In this document: positions 22,066-34,410 of the stretch, piece after piece
How the letters are laid out: each line of letters starts with the position of its first letter
Numbering within the stretch: position 1 is the stretch's first letter
NCBI GenBank assembly: GCA_964016885.1
Contig: CAXHJY010001301.1
Span: 1-64,000 of the forward strand
Source: Eledone cirrhosa
Lineage: Eukaryota
Length of the DNA stretch: 64,000 nucleotides
Reading direction: 5' to 3'
Program-made: the position numbers and the translations under genes
The notes under the pieces: generated by a model
Databases searched by the model: none
The model's input: the letters and a program-made list of their open reading frames with translations, nothing else
Told to the model about the DNA's origin: nothing

Positions 22066-22807
22066 ATGAACCTCTATACAAAAGCGAAATAAAAAAAAAG
22101 TACACACCATATCTAGTACCATGGAAATAATTCAACCATAAAAGATTTGCTTCAATTATGATGTATATATTAATATTTAGAAAGAAAATATAACTCCTTT
22201 TCACCCCTATTTATAATAATGGACCACACCCTGTTTCCTGTATTTTATGTTATCACAGACTAATCTAAATCATGTAGGAAGGAAAGAATGGTCCTCTGTC
22301 GGTTTCTATGACGAGTGTTCCAGCTATTCAATCAATAGTCCAATTGTGAAATTAACATTAAAGTAGCTGAGTCGTCCAGACACATGTACTCTTAAAGTAA
22401 CTCTCAGGGAGATTCTGTGTGACATAGTGAGTGATATGGCTGGCCCTTTGATTTACAGTTGAAGTCCTCCTGATGGTCTTCTAAACAGGTTTTTGCGTAC
22501 CTCAATTTCACTCACAAATCTTGAGTCAACCCTAGGCTATCATAAATGATACTTGCCCAAAATGCCATGCAGTTAGATTGACCTTGAGATCTTTTGATTA
22601 CAAAGCGAGCCTCTTAATGACTTGCCAATGCTGCACCTTCAAACATTAAAGAGATGCACACTATAAAATTGCAATAATCTAGTGTTAATTTATAGCAAGA
22701 AAGCCATACCTATGTTTCATAACTGGAAAATATACTGATCAGGGTGTCAAAAAGAATAAAATACATATGTCTGACTCTGTTGTACAATGCTATACTATTA
22801 CATACAA

Positions 22808-23125
22808 GTTAAAGTCTGTTCTAAGCCAAAGGCTCATTTGGCCGGTGCTTATAACCCCCAGTTTCCTTGGCATTAAGTGACTGAGAGTACAAGACTCTAT
22901 CTGGACAGGATGCTGGTCTATCGTAGGATTAACTCCCCAGCTACTGCTAGTACTTATTCTCAGCTGAGTGTACTGGAGCAACATGAAATAAAGTGTTTTG
23001 CTCAAGGACACAATGCAGTTCCTTGTCCAGGAATCAAACTGACAATGTTGAGATCATAAGTCCAACATCCTGACCATTAGAACTGATGACATGATCGTAA
23101 GTCCAATATCCTAACCATTAGAAAT
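22808..23125 (-). mobile_element. CORE-like SINE copy
   Basis: ccttgagcaaaacactttatttcatgttgctccagtacactcagctg on minus; duplicated head. Confidence 0.6.
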
Positions 23126-23229
23126 ACATAAACTATAGACTGAAACCAACACACAATCTCTTCCCAAAATTCACAAGAATCTGAGAAAACATATTGAAGA
23201 TGAATTTTTTTTCTAATACTGAGAACACT

Positions 23230-25585
23230 ATCAAGTGGCCAGGAGGGAAGCTAGGCGACAAGTGTACCTTGCAAAAAGAGAAGCAGAGGATAGAAAGTTC
23301 AAGCATGTTCTACAATGTGAGGACCAGAAACATGAGGTGTTCAGGATTGCTAGACAAGGTGTCAAGGAAAACCGTGATATTGTCTGGGAGAAGTCTGTCC
23401 GTAACGATAATGGTGTACTTGCCCTCACTGATACTGATAAGATAGCTTGGAAGTGTCACTACAAGAGACTATTAAATGAGGAGAATAAATGGGAAAAAGA
23501 TAGTCGTCCCCAAATTGATCCAATAGAGGAACCAACAGTGCAAGTTAAAGGTAGTAAAATAAGTGAGGCAATCAAAGATATGAAGACAGGCAAGGCAGCT
23601 GGGCCTTCGGAGATAGTTGCTGAGATGTTGAAAGCATCGGGAATGGTGGGACATACTATGGTCACCCGGATAGTAAAACAAGTAATACAGAATGGGGTCA
23701 TACCAAAAGACTGGCGTAGCAGCATCATCATTAACTGCTACAAGGTTAAAGGCGATGCTCTAGATAGGGGAAACTATAGAGGCATTAAGTTAGTTGACCA
23801 GGTCATGAAGGTCACAGAAAGAGTTATAGCGCAACTAATCAGAGAGCGAATTGATCTAGATGAAATGCAGTTTGGGTTTGTGTCAGGTAAAAGTACCACA
23901 GACGCTCTTTTCCTTGTACGGCAACTACAGGAGAAGTACCTAGCTAAAAGTAAACCCCTCTACTTAGCTTTTTGTAGACCTGGAGAAAGCCTTTGACAGA
24001 GTCCCCTTGTTCCATTATCTGGTGGGCTCTTAGAAAACTAGGTGTAGATGAATGCCTTGTGAGAGCTGTACAAGCCATGTATAAAGAAACAGTCAGCAAG
24101 GTTCGAATTAACAATGAATATTGTGAAGAATTTAGTGTAAAAGTTGGTGTTCATCAAGACTCTGTCCTTATCCCCCTCCTATTTATTATTGTTCTTCAGG
24201 CTATAACAGAGGAGTTCAAGACCGGCTGCCCATGGGAACTCCTATACGCAGATGATCTAACTCTCATAGCTGAATCTATGGCTGAACTAGAGAAGAAATT
24301 CCAAACATGGAAGCATGGCCTAGAATCAAAAGGCCTTAAAGTTAACTTGTCTAAGATTAAAGTTCTAGTTTGTAGAAAGGAAAATAGGGCACAGGTGCCC
24401 TCAGGGAAATGGCCATGCTCAGTGTGTAGGAAAGGAGTAAGCAGAAATTCCATTCTATGTCCCAAATGCAAAGTATGGGTACATAAAAGATATAGTGGGA
24501 TCACAGGTAAACTATCTAAGAACGTAGATTTAATATGTGGCCGATGCTCAGGTGCAATAAGTAGCAAGTGCTCACAGGATACTAGCTCCTATTGCCCAGA
24601 TGGTTCTATAGAAATAGTGGACACCTTCTGTTACCTGGGTGACAAAATCAGCAGTGGTGGAGAGTGCTCTGAAAGTCAGGACGGGATGGAAAAAGTTCAG
24701 AGAGCTTATACCCCTGTTGGCCACAAAAATAAAAGGCAGATTGTATGATGCCTGTATACGAATAGCAATGCTACATGGACATGGCAGTGAGACATGGGCA
24801 TTGTGTGTAGAGGATCTGCTCAGACTGGAAAGGAATGAAGCATGCATGCTCCATTGGATGTGTAATAGTAATATACCTGAACGGCAAAGCATAAATGAAC
24901 TAAGTGAGAAATTAGGAATAAGAAGGATCAGATGCTGTTTACTTGAGAGAAGACTACGTTGGTATGGCCACATGATGTGCATGAAAGACGACAGCTGTAT
25001 AAAAAAGTGCGGCGTGATCAAAATTGATGGAAGTTACGGAGTAGGTAGACCCAGAAAGACCTGGGACGATTTGATAAATTCCGACCTTACACACTTGCAC
25101 CTCTCAAAGACAATGTCACTGGACCAAGATCTTTGGCGCTACGTAGTAATACAGAAGACCCGCCTTGCCTATGTACAAAGTGAAACCTACAGTCAGTAGC
25201 AACCTCTTAACCAAATATACACCCCAATCCACTACCCCTACTCTATCCTCCCACTCCCACCAACACCACCCTCTCTCTGTAAAGTTGGTACCACAACATT
25301 CAGTCCAAATAAATGAGATCTAGATTGTGTAGGTGTCACGACAAAAAAAAAAAACACAGTCGACGCTGTAATGTGGTCGTGTAGGTAGCACGGTAAAAAG
25401 TTCCCAGTTCCACACTGTAAATGTGGTTGGTGTTAGGAAGGGCATCCAGCCATAGAAAACCTGCCAGATAGTCCTATATGAGCGAGACACAGTCACCCGA
25501 CCAACCTTGTCTCAAGTGGGACAACTCCCATCTAACCCATGCTAGCATGGACGATGGACGTTAAACGAAGATGATGATGATGATG
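23230..25585 (+). pseudogene. RTE-clade LINE, family A: 5'-truncated, frameshifted RT plus 3'UTR and (GAT)n tail
   Basis: ORFs 23235-23996, 23993-24748 and 24639-25199 join into one RT (NYRGIKL, QFGF, GVHQ, LLYADD, FCYLG, RRLRWYGH); no endonuclease domain present. Confidence 0.93.
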
Positions 25586-26495
25586 AATCTGAAAGGCAAA
25601 CAAACGAAGAAATCAAAGAGATTTTGTGTTTGAGCATTGGTGGTTGGTGGTATTACAATTTCATGAAGATCAAAAATTGTGAGTGTAACAAAAGAGCAAA
25701 GAATATAATACTATTGAAATTGTGGAGAAATGGAAGAAACAGGACAAAGAAAACAGAGATGGATGAAAAGCAAGGAAGATATAAGCAGGCCAACATTTGT
25801 TGAAGAAGAAATGATATTGTGTAAGATCCTCAGTCGTCATCGCCATCAATACCACCACCACCACCACCACCCTCATCATCATCATCACCATTATCAAATT
25901 ACAGTAACAGTTAACTACAATCCTCCACCACTCATTACAGCTTTAATGAGTGGTGGTGGGATGGTGGCTTGGTCCTGTGGTTGGTGGTGTGGTATGTTGT
26001 GTGGTGGTAGTGGTGATTGTTGTTGTGGGGTGGTCCTCTGGTTGTTTAATCAGCCCCTGGCCGTTGGTGAGATTTGAATTTGAATCCCTAGATAGAATTT
26101 TGTTGAAGGAGTGTATTTATTTGTTTATAGGGTGGGGCTGGCAACATTTCCATGCCCCTGGGGTCAAAATCATTGGTATCATTTAATATACTGAAGTTGA
26201 TTCAATTAGCTACACCCTCTTTCTTGGAATATTAGCCTTGTTAAAGGAAATAGAAGGGAAACAGTCAAGTTACACATGCATACACTTCTATATACATGTA
26301 CACACACATCTCTATACATAGACACATCTACATGCACACACATCTACACACTTACACACATCTACACATTTACACACATAATCTACACATTTACACGCTT
26401 AATCTACACATACATACAATGAACACACATACACACAATCTACACACACATCTCTATACATGCACACACATCTACATGCACACACATCTACACAT

Positions 26496-26581
<86 letters not shown>
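26496..26581. repeat. (CA)n microsatellite within a CA-rich tract (~26270-26670)
   Basis: Directly visible. Confidence 0.95.
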
Positions 26582-26583
<2 letters not shown>

Positions 26584-26726
26584 TACAATCTACACCCTTA
26601 ATTTACACATACACACAATCTACACCCTTAATTTACACACACATGCCCTCATAATCTACTCATACACACAACTCTTGATACTAAACTGCTCGAAACTGCT
26701 CTTGGTTCAAAATTGTTTATTCTAAA

Positions 26727-28637
26727 TTCAAGCATGTTTTACAACGTGAGGACCAGAAACAGGAGGTATTCAAGATTGCGAGGCAGTGTGTCAGAGATAG
26801 TTGTGATGTCATTGGAGAGAAGTGTATCCGGAATGATAAAGGTGAGCTTGCCCTCACAAGTGCTGAGAAGAAAGATGCATGGAAGAGTCATTATGATAGA
26901 TTACTAAATGAGGAGAATGCATGGGAAGAAGAGACCCTACCCCACGTAGACCCTATAGAGGGACCAGCAGTACAAGTCAGCGGCAGCGTAGTAAGTAAGG
27001 CAATCAGAGATATGAAGATAGGGAAGGCAACCGGTCCATCGGGTATAGCTGCCGAGATGCTGAAGGCATCTGGGTCTGTAGGTCACACTATAACCACACG
27101 TATCGTTAACCAGGTAATACTAGAGGGGGCCATACCAAAAGATTGGTGCAGTAGCATCATTGTCAACTGCTACAAAGGTAAAGGCGATGCACTAGATAGA
27201 GGAAACTATAGAGGTATAAAGTTGATGGACCAGGTCATGAAAGTAACAGAAAGAGTTATAGCACAGCTGATTAGGGACCGGGTGAATATAGACGAGATGC
27301 AATTTGGGTTTGTTCCAGGGAAAGGCACCACTGATGCGCTCTTCCTTGTGAGGCAATTACAGGAAAAGTACCTAGCTAAAAGTAAGCCACTCTACTTGGC
27401 ATTTGTCGACCTTGAGAAAGCCTTTGACAGAGTTCCACGTGCAGTAATCTGGTGGGCTCTTAGAAAACTAGGAGTAGATGAATGGCTTGTGAAAGCGGTA
27501 CAAGCCATGTATAGGGGAGCAGTCAGCAAAGTTAGGATTGGCAATGAGTATAGCGAGGAATTTAGCGTACAGGTTGGGGTCCACCAGGGCTCTGTTCTTA
27601 GCCCTCTCCTGTTCATCATAGTCCTGCAGGCAATAACGGAGGAGTTTAAGACCGGATGCCCATGGGAACTCCTGTATGCTGATGACCTCGCACTCATAGC
27701 TGAATCTATGGTAGAACTAGAGAATAAATTCCAAACCTGGAAGCAGGGACTAGAGAGAAAGGGCCTCAAAGTCAACATGACAAAGACTAAGGTCCTTATA
27801 AGTAGACGAGAAAACAGAACCCAGATCCCCTCAGGGAAATGGCCTTGCTCAGTATGTAGGAAAGGTGTAGGTAGGAACTCCATTCTTTGCCCCAAATGCA
27901 AACAATGGGTACACAAGAGATGTAGCGGGATCCCAGGAAGCTTAATTAAGAATGTAGGATTCACATGCAGCAGCTGTGCTGAAACAGCAAGCAAACAGCC
28001 ACAGGAAACAAGTACCACCAATCTCTGGGAGGGCCCTGTAGAAACAGTAGACAGCTTCTGCTACCTAGGTGACCGAATTAGCAACGGAGGTGGGTGCTCA
28101 GAAAGTACAATAACTAGGGTAAGAACGGGATGGAAGAAGTTTAGGGAACTACTACCACTGCTAGCTGCAAAAGGCTTCTCCCTCAGAATGAAAGGCAGAC
28201 TGTATGATGCGTGTATCCGAACAGCGATGTTGCATGGTAGTGAGACCTGGGCGCTGAAGGTGGAAGACTTACGTAGATTAGAGAGAAACGAAGCCTGCAT
28301 GCTCCGATGGATGTGTAACAGTAATATACGTGAACGACAAAGCATAAATGAATTGAGAGAGAGACTGAGCATAAGAGGAATCAAATGCTGCGTGCAGGAG
28401 AGGCGGTTACGCTGGTATGGACATGTGATGCGTATGAAGGATGACAGCTGCATAAAAAGGTGCAGAGCACTAGAAGTTGATGGAAACCGCGGAGTGGGGA
28501 GACCCAAGATGACTTGGGATGAGGTGATAAAAGCCGACCTTACCCAACTACACCTCTCAAAGTCAATGACACACGACCGTGACTTCTGGCGTCACGCAGT
28601 AATACAGGGTACCCGACCTCCCATGGGTACATGCTGA
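26727..28637 (+). CDS. RTE reverse transcriptase, partial ORF with no APE domain; PHD-like C4HC3 finger inside RT
   Basis: Frame open from 26727 (FKHVLQRED...) through the 541-aa ORF; motifs FVDLEKAFD, GVHQGSVLSP, YADD, FCYLG. Confidence 0.88.
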   Translation, partial: FKHVLQREDQKQEVFKIARQCVRDSCDVIGEKCIRNDKGELALTSAEKKDAWKSHYDRLLNEENAWEEETLPHVDPIEGPAVQVSGSVVSKAIRDMKIGKATGPSGIAAEMLKASGSVGHTITTRIVNQVILEGAIPKDWCSSIIVNCYKGKGDALDRGNYRGIKLMDQVMKVTERVIAQLIRDRVNIDEMQFGFVPGKGTTDALFLVRQLQEKYLAKSKPLYLAFVDLEKAFDRVPRAVIWWALRKLGVDEWLVKAVQAMYRGAVSKVRIGNEYSEEFSVQVGVHQGSVLSPLLFIIVLQAITEEFKTGCPWELLYADDLALIAESMVELENKFQTWKQGLERKGLKVNMTKTKVLISRRENRTQIPSGKWPCSVCRKGVGRNSILCPKCKQWVHKRCSGIPGSLIKNVGFTCSSCAETASKQPQETSTTNLWEGPVETVDSFCYLGDRISNGGGCSESTITRVRTGWKKFRELLPLLAAKGFSLRMKGRLYDACIRTAMLHGSETWALKVEDLRRLERNEACMLRWMCNSNIRERQSINELRERLSIRGIKCCVQERRLRWYGHVMRMKDDSCIKRCRALEVDGNRGVGRPKMTWDEVIKADLTQLHLSKSMTHDRDFWRHAVIQGTRPPMGTC

Positions 28638-28930
28638 AGCATATAAACAATATGCCCCCCCCCCCCCACCGCAAGGTGGTCGTGGAGGTGCCACGGCAAA
28701 AAAGCACCCAGCCCACACTGTAAAGTGGACGTGTAGGCGCCACGAAAAAGCACCCAGCACTCACTGTAAATGAGGTTGGTGTTAGGAAGGGCATCCAGCT
28801 GTAGAAATCAAGCCAGATCAGTTCCTGTATGAGCAAGGCATGGTCAGCCGACCAGACACTGCCCACAACAGGACAACCCGTCTAACCCATGCTAGCGTGG
28901 AAGAACGGACGTAAAACGGTGATGATGATG
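26727..28930 (+). mobile_element. RTE-clade LINE, family B: young, 5'-truncated, inserted in a TTAA-type MITE
   Basis: Uninterrupted RT frame, repeat-containing 3'UTR and gatgatgatg tail; MITE halves at ~26668-26726 and 28931-29099. Confidence 0.93.
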
Positions 28931-30604
28931 AAAGTGTTTATATTTATGTAAAAACCTTCCAAAATAATTTTATGTAAGAACCTGGTTACAAATGAGAAAG
29001 TTAATTATATTACTAAATCCCTCTAAAAATCTTGTTCTCAAAATTAATTGAAAATGATAGGTAGGGTATTTTATTAGAAATATTGTAACGAAAGGTTAAT
29101 GATAAAAAAATATTTCTCATAATCTCATTAAATACTTTGTGTAAAGAATTTTTAAAGGACTCGATGAAAATAGATAAAAAAATTCTGTTCCAGGGTAAGT
29201 ATTTTTGTGTTTAGTGAGTACCATTTAGTCTTGTGAGTCCTGAACCAAACATATTTAGTGGTATATGGCCTAGTGGTTGGAGTGTTGGACTCGTCATATG
29301 GTCATGGGTTTGATTCCTGGACCAGGTGTTGTATACTTGAACAAGACGCTTCATATCATGCTGCTTTTCAAGATATCTTGAGGGCCTGATCTTTAAATAC
29401 ATGAGAAACCTCCTATGAGGTTTCTCAGGTATTTTAATGATGGGAACTCCAGTCCTATCATGTTGTTACAGCTCACTCCTATGTAGGTTTAGCTGGCCTC
29501 CTTTGTGGTTACATCACAGAGGTTTCTTGGCTGTTTTATTGATAGAGGCACCCGTTCTATCATGGTGTTGTTACAACTCTTGCATATGTAGGTTTAGCTA
29601 GCCTCCTATGAGATGACATCACACAGGAAGTTTCTTGGCTGTTTTAATGATAGGAGACTCTATCACGAAAAAACTACTTCCTGAAGTGGATGCTGTTGCT
29701 ACTTATTTTTTTTATCCTATCTGGTCTAATGATTCCATAGAGCTTTTTTCTTTGTCTTTACAATGTCAGTTATTTTGTAACTATGCTGTATGCGTGGGGT
29801 ATGTGTGTGTGTGTGCATGGACAGAACAAAGATAGGAATTATAACTAGGTTGTCTGTAAGGGTTGGGGGTTGCAGGTGGGTGCTGGTGGTAGAAAAAAAC
29901 AAAGCCAGGAATTGTCTGGTGGGGAGAAGAAAGCTGGAAATTATAACTACATTGTCAGTGGTAGTGGTGGTGATAACTACATTGTCCTGGATTGTGCGGG
30001 GAGTAAAGCTAGGAGATGCTAAAATATGCATTGCGGAAAATAATCTTGAACTAATGACTTGTATGTCAGTTTGCTAACCACTGAAGCACATCGAGTCGGC
30101 AGCACTTGAAAAACATAATTGTGTACCTGAGAGATATTTGCTAAAGGTAGTAGAAAAATGAAATTGTAATTATCTTTTGTCAAAATTGTTGTAGATTCAT
30201 ATTTAAAAAAACATCAAAACAAAAATAAAAAGCCCAAAACAAACAAACAAAACAAACTTTTCCTATTTCTTAACACCATGTTAATGTGTTGTGGGGAAGG
30301 AAGGAAAGATTGTTCTTGATTATAGAGGGATTTCCTTGGCTAACCACAGTTTTCTGAATCATAATTGAGAAAATTGTTTTACCTCTTTAACCACAAATTA
30401 TTTTTGTGTTTATTTACTGCGTAGATGTCAGAAACTACTCAATTCATCTTCGCTTTCTGTTGATTTTTTTTTTTTTCGTTTCCAAATGTAAAAATCAAAT
30501 GAAAAAAAAAATATATAATTATTATTACCTTTGAGATTTGTTTGACATATGAAGCATTGGGAAAAATAGGAATTTGAAAATATAGTTGCCACAATGCAAA
30601 TAAC

Positions 30605-30799
30605 TATAATAATTGTTTCTACTATTGGCACAAGGCCAGCAAATTACCCAGTACATTACTGGTACTTTATTTTATCGACCCCGTAAGGATGAAAGGCAAA
30701 GTTAACCTCGGCGGGATTTGAACTCAGAATGGCAAGGCCCGTAACTCTATGCGTCAAAGCATGGCGTCCGACCCTCTACCGATACTGCCAATTCACCGA
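30605..30799 (-). mobile_element. Full-length Meta-like tRNA SINE
   Basis: Head ggtgaattggcagtatcggtagag, B-box gagttcaaatccc, central domain, tail; ataactataataat present on both sides (TSD-like). Confidence 0.8.
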
Positions 30800-31479
30800 A
30801 ATAACTATAATAATAGTTGATAACTATAAATAATTGTTGAACAAATTTGGTAAATTATGCCTAGTGACAGAAAAGGTGGCTAGGTGTGTACACCTCCATC
30901 CCAAGGGGTATTTTACCTTATTTATTTAACTATTTTTATAGTTGCCTGCATTGTGTCGACTATATTTTTGAATTATTATTATTGTGAAGGGTAGAGGATT
31001 GACAGAATTGGTAGCGCTTCAGATAAAATGCCTGTGTTGTATTTTTCTGCTCTTCAAATTCCATTTTCTGGCTCTTCAAATTCCACTGGGGTCAACTTTA
31101 CCTTTACGACTGTGTCATCATGAATCTCCCTGAGAATTACGTTAAGGACAAACATGTGGAATGCTCAGCCATCTCCCTGAGAATTACGTTAAGGGTACAC
31201 GTCTAGAATGTACAACCACATTCATAAGATAAACTGTGCATGTAATTCAGAGGGCCAGTAATGTTACTGTCACACTGAATTAAGGGTACACATCTGCGGA
31301 ATACTCAGTCACTTGCAGGGTAATTTCAAAAGCAGACTATTCCTTTGATCAAACAATTAGAACATTCATCATTGAAACTGACATAGTTCTCTCTCTCTCT
31401 TATAATCATTTTCTTAACACCTATCATTACAGGGATCATTTGTTTGCTTCACCCACATTTGAATTGTTACTATTTATAT

Positions 31480-31647
31480 CCAGTCCACACTGTAAACGTG
31501 GTTGGTGTTAGGAAGGGCATCCAGCCGTAGAAAACCTACCAGACAGTCCTATACAAGCAAGACAACCAATCCTGCCTCAAGTGGGACAATTCCCGTCTAA
31601 ACCCATGCTAGCGTGGAAGATAGACGTTAAACGATGATGATGATGAT
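31480..31647 (+). mobile_element. RTE family A 3'UTR fragment
   Basis: ggttggtgttaggaagggcatccagccgtagaaaacc...gacgttaaacgatgatgat. Confidence 0.8.
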
Positions 31648-32080
31648 GGCAGTAATCAGTAGAGCATTGGACAACATGCTATGTGGTATAGAGTTATATT
31701 CCTTTATGTTCTGAGTTCAAATCCCGCCGAGGTTAACTTTGCCTTTCATCCTTACGGGGTCGGTAAAATAAAGCACCAGTAATGCACTGGGGTCGATTTA
31801 ATCAACTTTCCCCTCTCCCAAAATTGCTGGCCTTTTTTCTAAATCAGAAACCATTATTAACATGGCAGTAGAATCAGTAGAGCGTCCGACAACAGGCTAT
31901 GCAGTATAATTATGTCCCTTTAACTTCTGAGTTCAGGTCTTGCCGAGTTTGGCTTTGCCTTTCAACCTTACGGTGTTGATAAAATAATAAAATAAAGTAG
32001 CAGTAATGCACTTGGGTTGATTAATCGACTTCCCCCTTCCTTTCAAATTAATGCCCTTGTACCAAATGTAGAAACAATTA
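31648..32080 (+). mobile_element. Two tandem Meta-like SINEs
   Basis: Two tggcagta..atcagtagagc heads, each followed by a B-box and gcctttca.ccttacgg. Confidence 0.7.
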
Positions 32081-32359
32081 TTATTTTTATTTAACATATA
32101 AACCATGTAGGTGTATGGCTTACTGGTTAAGATGTTTAGTTGATGAAGGTAAGATTGACAGTTCAATTCACACAGCTGGCACTTGTAATTCAAAAGGCCA
32201 GCCATGTCACGCACAGTATTACACTGTATCACTCTGAGAATTGTTATGGGTACCTGTATCTGTAGAATGCTCAGCCACTTTCAGGTTAATTTTATAATCT
32301 GGACCTGGAACATTCATCATTGAAACCGACATAGTTCCTTGCGTGTATGTGTGTGTATG

Positions 32360-32696
32360 TCATCATCATCATTTTACGTCCACTTTTTCCCTGCTTGCAA
32401 GGGTGGGACGGGAACTGATTCTGGCTTGATTTCTACAGCTGGATGCCCTTCCTAATACCAACCTCATTTACAGTGAGTGCTGGGTGCTTTTTTGCCGTGG
32501 CACCTACACGTCCACTTTGCAGTGGAATGATAGGGACCTCAGTCCCTATCATCTCATTTCTACAGCTGAGTAAACTGGAGCAATGTGAAATAAAGTGTCT
32601 TGCTCAAGGAAACAACACATCACCCGGTCTGAGAATTGAACTCACAACCTTTCGATTGCAAGCCCAATGCTCTAACCACTAAGCCATGCGCCTTCA
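32360..32696 (-). mobile_element. Tripartite SINE: tRNA head, CORE-like body, RTE family B 3' tail
   Basis: Head gaaggcgcatggcttagtggttagagc; tail matches the RTE 3'UTR (~28715-28825) and ends in (GAT)n; truncated sister copy at 44586-44813. Confidence 0.8.
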
Positions 32697-32993
32697 TGTG
32701 TGTGTAGATTATGTGTGTGTGTAGATTGTGTGCATGTGTGTGTATGTGTGCGTTATCATTCCCAGAGCACCTATTATTATAGGGATTGTTTCTGTTTCCA
32801 TCGGCCCCTCTCTTCCTTCACCGCCCAGGTTGTTGTTGTTATATTGTTTCTAATGCGAAACATTTGCAGCCTGTTCGTTGAATGTAGTGCAGGTGATTGC
32901 ATCAGTTACGCTGTTGTTGCATCAGTGACTTATGTGATTAGTGTTCGCAGAATAATATATATTACATACTCTCTTCCTTTCCCATCTCTGTGT

Positions 32994-33029
<36 letters not shown>

Positions 33030-33087
33030 TATATATATATATAATATTTCCTTGCATTTATATGATACACATGCTCGCACACACACA

Positions 33088-33186
33088 CAGGGTGTCCCAA
33101 AAAATTCATACGCACTTTGATTACCTGTACAGGCAATATTTATTATGATGCTGTTGAAGTGTGCATACATTTTTTGGGACATCCTG
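33088..33186. mobile_element. ~99-bp Tc1/mariner-type MITE
   Basis: ~33-bp imperfect TIRs cagggtgtcccaaaaaattcatacgcactttga / ttgaagtgtgcatacattttttgggacatcctg. Confidence 0.7.
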
Positions 33187-33544
33187 TGTACACACACACA
33201 CACATAAATACACTCCCACATACATACCAATGACTAGGCTTATTCAACACTTATTCATGCAAAAGAAAAAAAACAACAACAAAAAACGAAAACAACTAAA
33301 ACAACAAATCCCACATAGATTAACCTATAGTTCAGTTATACAAAATAAGAAAATGCTTTGCTATCTTTAATGTAAATTACTATAAAGACTGCTCTGTCAA
33401 TGTTTTTATGTGTGGAGGAAGAAACAGATGCCAATTTTAGTGTAAACTGGTTACTGGCTTTTCTATTTCTTGTTATTAGCAGAAATATTCTTGTTCACAT
33501 TGTTAGATTGTTTTATAAATTTGATAAGTGAGAGAAATGCTATG

Positions 33545-33913
33545 TAAAACAAGAATTAGATGTAATGTAGAGGAGAGAAGACTGCTCTGGTATGGACCTG
33601 TGAGGCATATGTATGATGATGGTTGTTAGCAGTAAGGCTGCGTAAAACAAGAATTAGATGTAGTGTAGAGGAGAGAAGACTGCTCTGGTATGACATGTAA
33701 TGTGTATGGATGATGGTGATGATAGTTTGGATGAAGAAGTGGAAGGAAGCTGCAGTAGACGGAGATCAAGGATGATTTGGGCAGAAGTGGTGAGAGCTGT
33801 TCTTGTATCACTGAAACTCGCAGAGGAGCAGGCAGTGGAGGGATGGTATGTGTGAAAAACGCTTATCCAACACATACAAGCATGTAGAGGTAGACATCAA
33901 ACGATGATGATGA
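33545..33913 (+). mobile_element. Degenerate RTE ORF 3' end with an internal ~100-bp duplication
   Basis: RCNVEERRLLWY-like segment present twice; gacatcaaacgatgatgat tail. Confidence 0.65.
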
Positions 33914-34066
33914 TAGATATATATCTTTCAAAGTGTTCCAATCATTTGATTGCCTGTGGAATAATTTCTTTTTCTTTGTTCAAGTAAATTTTCTCTTTGA
34001 CTACTTTTTTCTATTAGTGTGTATATTATGTATGTATGTATGTATGTATGTATGTATGTATGTATG

Positions 34067-34362
34067 TTATCTCTTTCTCTTAATTTCGAGTATATTTTTT
34101 TTGACCGGCCACCTTCCTGGTGGCAAGGTTGTAAAAGAAAAGAAATTGTCATCCTTTGAATCGCAAGAATGTTTTGCAAATTTTGAAGGTGCCAGCTATC
34201 GCAGTCATTTGTAGACTATGAATTAGGGAGCTGCGCTTTTTGTCCACAAATCCAAGTTCAGTCATATTTTGGTCCAAGCGGGTTGGTATATACCCCGTAG
34301 CTCCAATAATGATGGGTATGAAGCTAAAGGTGTATCTTGGATACTGGATTTGTAAACTCCTC
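34067..34362 (-). mobile_element. 3' fragment of a restriction-like-endonuclease non-LTR retrotransposon (R4/Dong-like, clade tentative)
   Basis: LQIQYPRYTFSFIPIIIGATGYIP...LGF...LQMTAIAGTFKICKTFLRF resembles RLE C-termini; (TATG)n on both sides. Confidence 0.7.
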
Positions 34363-34373
34363 ATGTATGTATG

Positions 34374-34407
<34 letters not shown>

Positions 34408-34410
34408 TGT

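Noticed and set aside
25730-26077. His-rich ORF (also 63517-63708)
   Set aside because: Produced by CAC/CAT and GGT trinucleotide repeats
27392-28507. Antisense ORFs over RTE copies (also 24196-25021, 60869-62030)
   Set aside because: Shadow frames of RT coding sequence with no independent support
30020-30130. Possible minus-strand terminal exon (VHNYVFQVLPTRC...)
   Set aside because: Only a weak acceptor; no homology recognised and no partner exons
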